Position numbers and translations under genes: made by a program. From contig CAYZJM010000002.1 of NCBI GenBank assembly GCA_964479015.1, positions 1 to 34,491 on the forward strand: a stretch of 34,491 nt of DNA, read 5' to 3'. The notes beneath the pieces are model-generated. The model had not been told where the DNA came from, searched no databases, and saw nothing but the letters and a program-made list of their open reading frames with translations. Positions 25,187-31,022 of this stretch are shown here, in pieces (positions within the stretch are counted from its first letter, which is position 1; each line of letters opens with the position of its first letter). Source of the DNA: Candidatus Woesearchaeota archaeon (lineage in GTDB: Archaea; Nanobdellota; Nanobdellia; Pacearchaeales; GW2011-AR1).

Positions 25187-25657
25187 ATGAGAAAAAGAGG
25201 GAATATTCTTATAGAGAATGTTATTTTTATAATTTTAAATGTTGTTTTTATATCTATTCTGATCTTTTTTGTTCTTTCTAAAGCAAATGATGCTTCAGTT
25301 ATGGAAGAAGAGTATGCAAAACAAATTGCACTAATGATTGATTCTGCAAGACCTGGGATGATAATTAATTTAACAATGGAAAATGCAATTGAAAAGGCCA
25401 AGGAGAATTTTGGAGAAGAAGATTTTGAGAAGATGATAAATATAGATGGAAACAAGGTTACTGTAGGTTTAAGAAAAGACGGGGGTTATAGTTACTCTTT
25501 TTTTAATGATGTGGAGGTAAGTTATTACCCTCTTGATGATAAGAATTACATTTTTATTATAGATGAAAAAGAGAATCGTGAAGAGATTCAAGAAGAAACT
25601 ATAGAAGAAATTCAAGAAGAAAATGTAGAGGAGAATTTAGGAGATTCAAATGAATAA
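25187..25657 (+). CDS. Pilin-like protein with a class III signal peptide and an acidic repeat tail
   Basis: MRKRG|NILIENVIFIILNVVFISILIFFVL. The C-terminus is EEIQEETIEEIQEENVEENL. Confidence 0.65.
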   Translation: MRKRGNILIENVIFIILNVVFISILIFFVLSKANDASVMEEEYAKQIALMIDSARPGMIINLTMENAIEKAKENFGEEDFEKMINIDGNKVTVGLRKDGGYSYSFFNDVEVSYYPLDDKNYIFIIDEKENREEIQEETIEEIQEENVEENLGDSNE

Positions 25658-26189
25658 AAAAGCTACAGAAAAGGTTGTTTCAGTTTATTGGTTTTTTATT
25701 TTATTTATTGTAGCAGGAGCAGTGGTATTTATGGTGTCTGCTTTTTATGGTTCACCTTATGATGTTAGAGAGATGGAGGAGAAGATTCTTTCAGATAAGG
25801 TTGCAGATTGTGTTTCTTCAGGAGGTTACATCAATTCAGAAATTTTAGAAGACGAGAATTTTAAAAATAATTTTTTAGATAGATGTGATTTAACATTTGA
25901 AGTTGAAGACCAGTACGGTTGGAGCGAAAGTTCAGAATATTATCTCAATATAGGAATTTATGAATTTAATTATGAATCTGATTTTGATAGAATCCAAGAA
26001 GATGAAGAAGTCCAATTAGGAGAGAAGTTATTTGAAGTGGAAGAAGGGAGTATTAATCTAAAATCATTTTATAATTCAGATTCTAATGATAACTCAAAAG
26101 AGAGAAAGATGTATGTTCTTGATGAGGAGGGGAATCAGTATGTAATTAAAGTTTTATCAATAGTTAGAAAAACAGAAAAAAATGAATAA
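25650..26189 (+). CDS. Pilin-like protein with a probable class III signal peptide
   Basis: MNKKA|TEKVVSVYWFFILFIVAGAVVFMV. There is an 8-nt overlap with the upstream gene (ATGAATAA), and aggag lies 7 nt upstream. Confidence 0.55.
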   Translation: MNKKATEKVVSVYWFFILFIVAGAVVFMVSAFYGSPYDVREMEEKILSDKVADCVSSGGYINSEILEDENFKNNFLDRCDLTFEVEDQYGWSESSEYYLNIGIYEFNYESDFDRIQEDEEVQLGEKLFEVEEGSINLKSFYNSDSNDNSKERKMYVLDEEGNQYVIKVLSIVRKTEKNE

Positions 26190-26715
26190 AAAAATAGGAA
26201 ATCTTGCAAAGATAAATAAGAAAGGTCAAGCAAGCGATGCAGTAGTATGGATTGTCGCAACAGCAATAATTGCCACAATTCTTTTGATTTCAATTTCAAT
26301 TTCGATTGATTTAGGCGGGAATAAAACATTCAACCAAGATACAGAATTTGATTTGTTCGCTAAAAAATCTTTGACCAGTTATTTATTAACACAGGGACAA
26401 TCAGGAGATATAATTTTTGAAGAGTTGAAAGAAGAAAACAATTTTAACGATTTTAATAAAAATCTTGCAATCGGGATTTTTAAGGGATTTTATGAAAGAG
26501 ATTATTTGTATGGAAAAGTTTGGTTAGGGTTCAATTCTGAGGGAGGATGGAATTGGAATATTCCAGGTAATAATCCTTTTGGGGAGAAACCCCTTATAGA
26601 AACAGAAGGAGGGGTAGGAATGAAGGTTGGTTCGTTACCACTTTTAGAGATGATTCATTTAGAAGAGAGTCAAGGGAAAAATAACTGGATTGAATTAATC
26701 TTATCACGAAATTAA
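26182..26715 (+). CDS. Pilin-like protein with a class III signal peptide
   Basis: MNKKIGNLAKINKKG|QASDAVVWIVATAIIATILLISISI. It has the same 8-nt ATGAATAA overlap junction as the previous gene. Confidence 0.6.
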   Translation: MNKKIGNLAKINKKGQASDAVVWIVATAIIATILLISISISIDLGGNKTFNQDTEFDLFAKKSLTSYLLTQGQSGDIIFEELKEENNFNDFNKNLAIGIFKGFYERDYLYGKVWLGFNSEGGWNWNIPGNNPFGEKPLIETEGGVGMKVGSLPLLEMIHLEESQGKNNWIELILSRN

Positions 26716-26729
26716 GGGAGAAATAAAAG

Positions 26730-27095
26730 ATGGAAAAATTTTTATCAAATAAAAAAGGAGGAGCGCCTGTTTTTATTTTAGTTATAGGAGTAGTTGCTAT
26801 TTGTATCCTAGCTTTGTTTAGTTTTATTTCTTTTGAAATTAAGGGGCCAAGTAAAGAAATCGGATTAGAGGCATTTGAAGGGATTTCTTCAGATGTCGAA
26901 TCCTTTGAGTTTTACCTTAATGTAGGTTTTAGTGAAGAAGAATCTCTTAAAAAAATGGTTTATTTTCAAAAAGATGCTATATCTAAGATGAGGTCGAGAG
27001 GGGGAGATTTAGAAGCAGAGATTGATGGAGAGAATTTAGTAATAAAAAGAAAAAGCAATAATCTTGAAGTTACTTACTACTATTCTCTAGATTGA
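26730..27095 (+). CDS. Pilin-like protein with a class III signal peptide
   Basis: MEKFLSNKKG|GAPVFILVIGVVAICILALFSFI. agggag lies upstream of the ATG. Confidence 0.6.
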   Translation: MEKFLSNKKGGAPVFILVIGVVAICILALFSFISFEIKGPSKEIGLEAFEGISSDVESFEFYLNVGFSEEESLKKMVYFQKDAISKMRSRGGDLEAEIDGENLVIKRKSNNLEVTYYYSLD

Positions 27096-27160
27096 ATAAT
27101 TTTTATTAAAATAATAGAAATATATTTTAGATTTTTTAGATTCTTTTCTTTATTAGGTCA

Positions 27161-27328
27161 TTTAAAAAGAAACATTTATAAATAAAAAGATCATAATCCA
27201 GATATGATTGGTAAAAGAGGTCAAGGTTTAAGCACTAATGCAATTATTCTTATAGTTCTTGGAGTTATTATATTAGCAGTTTTAGTTGTAGGATTTACAA
27301 TTGGATGGGGCCAGATAGCTCCTTTCAT
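27161..27328 (+). repeat. Duplicated segment, copy 1 (promoter plus the first 125 nt of the pilin gene)
   Basis: An ungapped by-eye alignment with 27686..27853 gives 34 of 43 matches upstream of the ATG. All 125 of the first coding nt (27204..27328) match. Confidence 0.9.
27166..27182 (+). promoter_or_regulatory. BRE/TATA promoter of pilin paralogue 1
   Basis: aagaaacatttataaa. The core tttataaa (27175..27182) is centred 25-26 nt upstream of ATG 27204. The same element recurs at 27691..27707. Confidence 0.6.
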
Positions 27329-27569
27329 CTCGCAGACAAATGTAGATACAATCCAAACTAGTTGTGAAACAGCCTGTGTTCTTGAAAGTAATTATGGATT
27401 TTGTGCCGAAGAGAGAGAATTAAGATGGGATGGAAAGACTCTTGAGGGGACTTGTAACGACTTTTCAATGAATAACACTCTTATAGCGAATGGGATAACA
27501 ATTTCTAGTTGTCCTGGAATAACTTGCGAGGGAGTTGTAGAAAAAAGTAGCGAAGAAGAAAGTGAATAA
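27204..27569 (+). CDS. Candidate major pilin, paralogue 1 (121 aa, class III signal peptide, 6-Cys C-domain)
   Basis: MIGKRG|QGLSTNAIILIVLGVIILAVLVVGF. It is monocistronic with its own TATA box and a T-rich downstream region. The mature domain has 6 Cys (C-x3-C-x8-C ... C ... C-x5-C). Confidence 0.8.
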   Translation: MIGKRGQGLSTNAIILIVLGVIILAVLVVGFTIGWGQIAPFISQTNVDTIQTSCETACVLESNYGFCAEERELRWDGKTLEGTCNDFSMNNTLIANGITISSCPGITCEGVVEKSSEEESE

Positions 27570-27632
27570 GAAATTTAGAATTAATTTTAAAAATTTTTAA
27601 TTTATTTTGAGTAGATGGTATTTATTTAATCA

Positions 27633-27659
27633 ATTATTATTATTATTATTATTATTATT
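27633..27659. repeat. Perfect (ATT)9 microsatellite in the inter-pilin spacer
   Basis: I counted nine uninterrupted ATT units, followed by AT. The tract ends 41 nt upstream of the TATA box of pilin paralogue 2. Confidence 0.95.
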
Positions 27660-27685
27660 ATGTGTTTTATTTTTATAATTAATGG

Positions 27686-27853
27686 TTTGAAAAGAAACAT
27701 TTATAACTATAAAAATCATGATATAGATATGATTGGTAAAAGAGGTCAAGGTTTAAGCACTAATGCAATTATTCTTATAGTTCTTGGAGTTATTATATTA
27801 GCAGTTTTAGTTGTAGGATTTACAATTGGATGGGGCCAGATAGCTCCTTTCAT
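27686..27853 (+). repeat. Duplicated segment, copy 2 (promoter plus the first 125 nt of the pilin gene)
   Basis: See copy 1. The coding part 27729..27853 is identical to 27204..27328. Confidence 0.9.
27691..27707 (+). promoter_or_regulatory. BRE/TATA promoter of pilin paralogue 2
   Basis: aagaaacatttataac. The core (27700..27707) is centred 25-26 nt upstream of ATG 27729. Confidence 0.6.
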
Positions 27854-28154
27854 TTCTACAAGTAATGTAAATGCAATTAAAATTGAGTGCCAAAATGCTT
27901 GTGAGCTTGAAAGTTTTTATGATTTTTGTTTAAAAGATAGAGAAGTTAAAGCAGAGGAGTATAATAGCCCTAAAGATGCTAGTTGTTTTATTCTTTCAGA
28001 GGATTATAGTAATCTCGGGATAGAATCTTGTCCTGCTTTAGATTCAGAATGTGAGGATTTTTTCTCAGACCTCAAAGAAGAAGAAAATGAACTTCCAAAA
28101 GCAGAGGAGTCTCCAATAGTAGTAGAGGTGCCTGATCCTAAAACTGAAGATTAG
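27729..28154 (+). CDS. Candidate major pilin, paralogue 2 (141 aa, class III signal peptide, 6-Cys C-domain, acidic/Pro tail)
   Basis: The first 43 aa are identical to paralogue 1. The six Cys positions are conserved in an otherwise diverged C-domain. The track's start at 27660 would add 23 residues that run through the promoter element, so ATG 27729 is preferred. Confidence 0.8.
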   Translation: MIGKRGQGLSTNAIILIVLGVIILAVLVVGFTIGWGQIAPFISTSNVNAIKIECQNACELESFYDFCLKDREVKAEEYNSPKDASCFILSEDYSNLGIESCPALDSECEDFFSDLKEEENELPKAEESPIVVEVPDPKTED

Positions 28155-28357
28155 AATTTATAAAATTGATATTTTTAAAATGGATTATAGTGTTGGTTCT
28201 GATAAAAGGAATAAAGGGAAGGATAAAAAGAGAGAGAAAAAGAAACACCCTTATAAAAAAGGCGGGAAAAAAAGAAGTGAGAAAAAGACAAATCAAAAGA
28301 GATAGGTTTTGGGGTTATAAAAAATAGTTTTATAAAGAATTTAATTCAATTTTATTT

Positions 28358-29209
28358 ATGGAGGGGGTAATATTCTTATTTGTTCTTGCTTTAATCTGGA
28401 TAGTCTTTGCAGTTGTGGGGGATTGGAAAAATTCAGAGATCCCTAACTGGTTAAATTTTTCTTTAATCATTTTTGCATTGGGATTTAGGTTTTTTTATCC
28501 TTTTTTTTCAGAAGCAGGATTCTCATTTTTTTATCAAGGTTTATTAGGATTAGGATTCTTTTTTATTATGGGTAATCTTTTTTATTATTGTAAAATTTTT
28601 GCAGGAGGAGATGCAAAATTAATGATTGCTCTTGGACCCATACTCCCAATGTGTAATAATTTCTTTTCTAATTTAGATATCTTTTTCTTTTTTTTACTTG
28701 CTTTCCTATTTTTTGGGGCGATTTATGGGATGATATTTAGCGGGTATATGGTTTTTAAGAATTTTGGCATATTTCGTAGGGGTTTTAATAATTATTTAAA
28801 AAAGAATAAGACAATTTTAAAAATATCGACTACTACGGGATTCATTTTTATAGCTCTAGGTTTGATAGATTTTGTTTTCATTTTTGCAGGTTTTTTTATA
28901 TTAATAACTTCATTGTTGGTTGCATCAGCAAAATCAATCGATGAGCGCATTATGGTTAGGGAAGTTCAACCAAACAAATTAAGGGAAGGAGACTGGTTAG
29001 AAAAAAGTGTAAAGTGTAAAGACAAATTGATTAAATCAAATTGGGAAGGGCTTAATAAAGAAGAAATTATGTTATTAAAAAAGAGAAATAAAATTGTTAA
29101 GATTAAAGAGGGATTGCCTTTTGCACCGGTTTTTCTTTTTAGTTTCTTATTTATTGGTTATGCTTATTTTTTTAATGAAGAATTATTCTCTTTAATTGGT
29201 TTAATCTAA
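28358..29209 (+). CDS. Prepilin/preflagellin peptidase (A24 family, FlaK/PibD/EppA-like)
   Basis: The first catalytic Asp is in VGDWKNSEIPN (D22, 28421..28423) and the second in FAGGDAKLM (D85, 28610..28612). The protein is polytopic with a soluble insert before the last helix. A ttttataaa TATA box (28328..28336) lies 26 nt upstream. Confidence 0.8.
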   Translation: MEGVIFLFVLALIWIVFAVVGDWKNSEIPNWLNFSLIIFALGFRFFYPFFSEAGFSFFYQGLLGLGFFFIMGNLFYYCKIFAGGDAKLMIALGPILPMCNNFFSNLDIFFFFLLAFLFFGAIYGMIFSGYMVFKNFGIFRRGFNNYLKKNKTILKISTTTGFIFIALGLIDFVFIFAGFFILITSLLVASAKSIDERIMVREVQPNKLREGDWLEKSVKCKDKLIKSNWEGLNKEEIMLLKKRNKIVKIKEGLPFAPVFLFSFLFIGYAYFFNEELFSLIGLI

Positions 29210-29902
29210 TTAAGGAATCCTTACCGGCAACCATGTATTCTCATCAGTAATTTTGGGTTCTATATCACTTTCTTCTTTTTGGGTGTTTTTATTATCTTTC
29301 TGAATTTTTTCATCTGTTTCTTTATCTTTTTGTTCTATTGTTTTATCTTTTGTTAAAATTTCCTGGAGCTCTTTTAATTCTTCTTCTGTTGCTTTTTTTC
29401 TCCCTGAATTGGAATCTTCTTCATTATAAATTGGGAGAACATTAACAATTTTGTGTCCAAATATTTCTGTAGCAAATAGTTTTACTTCTTTCGGAGAGAG
29501 CTCTTTTCTTATTCTTTCTGAAATTTTTTCTGCAAGGTTTTTAGTTTCTTCATCTATTTTTTCTATATCATGCTTTAGAGGGATTATGAGAGAGTGACCT
29601 TTTGAAATTGGATTTAACTCTAAGATAGCAATTGCTTTTTCATCTTCCCCTATTTTATAACTATTGATTTCTCCAGAAATGATTGAACAAAAGAGACATC
29701 CTCCATTTTTTTGAGAATTTGAAGGATTAGGAGAATCAGAAGAGTCTTTTATTAGGTTATTCTTTTTTAAAAAATTTTCAAGAGTTTCAGAATCCATTGA
29801 GAGTATTTGTTTTTTTGCTTCTTCTCTTTTTTCTTCAGGGAAGTTTTCAATTTGTTTAAGAAGTTGTTCTTTAATCTTTTCTTTTTGTTCCTCACTGAGC
29901 AT
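29210..29902 (-). CDS. HIT-fold protein with a degenerate histidine triad and charged N- and C-terminal extensions
   Basis: The core CLFCSIISGEINSYKIGEDEKAIAILELNPISKGHSLIIPLKH matches the HIT N-terminal half. The triad position reads FGHKIVNVLP instead of H-x-H-x-H-x-x. Confidence 0.6.
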   Translation of the reverse strand: MLSEEQKEKIKEQLLKQIENFPEEKREEAKKQILSMDSETLENFLKKNNLIKDSSDSPNPSNSQKNGGCLFCSIISGEINSYKIGEDEKAIAILELNPISKGHSLIIPLKHDIEKIDEETKNLAEKISERIRKELSPKEVKLFATEIFGHKIVNVLPIYNEEDSNSGRKKATEEELKELQEILTKDKTIEQKDKETDEKIQKDNKNTQKEESDIEPKITDENTWLPVRIP

Positions 29903-29987
29903 ATCCCTTAAAGATAAACATTTCTTTTATATTTAACTATTATCTAAATTTTATGTCCAGAAAAAGATTTGTTTTAATTTTTTTCAT

Positions 29988-30512
29988 TCATCGATTATCT
30001 TTAATATAATTAGAGATATAATTTTCATATTTTCTTACAGAATCTAATTTTGGGATTGTTTCATCAGGGATTCTTATTCCAAACTTTTGTTCTACAGTAT
30101 AAGCTACTTCATGTATATCTAAAACATCCATTCCCATCTCTTCGAAACTCTGGTTGGGCATTACCTTTCTAGGGTCTTGTTCAAAGATATGATTGACTAA
30201 GATTCCTTCTAATTTGCTTGAAATTTTTGTTCTATCAAAGTTATTTGATGTTTCTTGTGTTTTAGAGATATAATCTTCATATTTTTTTAGAGAATCTAAT
30301 TTAGGAATTGTTTCATCAGGAATTTTTATTCCAAATTTTCCTTCTATCATATATGCTATCTCATGTGTATCCAAACTATCCATCCCCATCTCTTCAAAAC
30401 TCTTATTTGGATTTATATTTATTGGATTGTATCCAAAGATATGTTCCACTATAATTCCTTCTACTCTCTTTGAAATTTCTGTTTTATTAGATTCATCTGA
30501 ATTTTCTTTCAT
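29988..30512 (-). CDS. Tandem acyl-carrier-protein (ACP-like) didomain protein
   Basis: There are two 71-aa repeats. Repeat 1 is ISKRVEGIIVEHIFGYNPININPNKSFEEMGMDSLDTHEIAYMIEGKFGIKIPDETIPKLDSLKKYEDYIS. It aligns without gaps, by eye, to bacterial ACP (IEERVKKIIGEQLG...LGADSLDTVELVMALEEEF..EIPDEEAEKI...AIDYI). Repeat 2 has GMDVLD at the same place. Confidence 0.8.
   Translation of the reverse strand: MKENSDESNKTEISKRVEGIIVEHIFGYNPININPNKSFEEMGMDSLDTHEIAYMIEGKFGIKIPDETIPKLDSLKKYEDYISKTQETSNNFDRTKISSKLEGILVNHIFEQDPRKVMPNQSFEEMGMDVLDIHEVAYTVEQKFGIRIPDETIPKLDSVRKYENYISNYIKDNR
30012..30476 (-). repeat. Internal tandem duplication encoding the two ACP-like domains (30264..30476 and 30012..30224)
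   Basis: Residues 13-83 and 97-167 of the protein are collinear repeats separated by a 13-aa linker. Confidence 0.85.
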
Positions 30513-30627
30513 TTTATTTGGGGTGGTAAGGGATTTATAAAATCTCTGGTTTTATTTTAATTAATTTTTAAGGGTGATTAATTCTCTAAAGAATCAAAAG
30601 AGGGTGTTGAAGCCTTTTAGAGTATTT

Positions 30628-30900
30628 TTATCCTATTGCTTTCCTTATATCAATGATAGATGTAGAGTTAATTTCTTCTATTTTTTCAATTTTTTCTTGT
30701 AAACTTTCAAGTTCTTTATCTTCAGCACACTCAAATGAGGCAATTATCGCTTTTAATCCAAATGCTATTGGTTCTTCTGTAAAGTTAGGGTTATTAATCC
30801 CTTCTTTTTCTAATATTTTTTTTATTTCTTCTTTAATTTTTTCCAGATTAACATCTGGAGAAGAAGGCATCATTTTCATTTTTATTGCTGTTATTCCCAT
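30628..30900 (-). CDS. Translation elongation factor aEF-1 beta
   Basis: The 90-aa protein has MKMMPSSPDVNLEKIKEEIKK ... EEPIAFGLKAIIASF ... IIDIRKAIG, with the size and pattern typical of aEF-1beta. Confidence 0.8.
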   Translation of the reverse strand: MGITAIKMKMMPSSPDVNLEKIKEEIKKILEKEGINNPNFTEEPIAFGLKAIIASFECAEDKELESLQEKIEKIEEINSTSIIDIRKAIG

Positions 30901-31022
30901 GATTTTTTTTGTTGTCTTTGTTTTATAAATGTTTTGAGAGTTTTATGTTTAATTGAAAAATTATTGAAAAAAGACATAGCAGAATAACAATGCTTAAAAA
31001 ACACATTTGATTTCCTTTTTTT

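Noticed and set aside
19291-26329. ORFs 19291..19701(-), 21592..21780(+), 23767..23952(-), 24244..24471(-), 25162..25455(-) and 26135..26329(-)
   Set aside because: They are embedded in or antisense to the ATPase, platform and pilin-like genes. None has an independent signal.
27660-27728. The 23-codon N-terminal extension (MCFIFIINGLKRNIYNYKNHDID) of the second pilin in the ORF track
   Set aside because: The extension would be translated through the conserved BRE/TATA element. It is absent from the otherwise identical paralogue. ATG 27729 reproduces the MIGKRG class III signal.
27161-27853. Whether the repeated 168-nt pilin 5' blocks, or anything else here, could be a CRISPR array or a diversity-generating retroelement template/variable repeat pair
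   Set aside because: There are only two copies, they are 525 nt apart and they are coding. There is no short repeat-spacer periodicity. No reverse transcriptase ORF lies in the window. The differences downstream of the identical block are not restricted to adenine positions.
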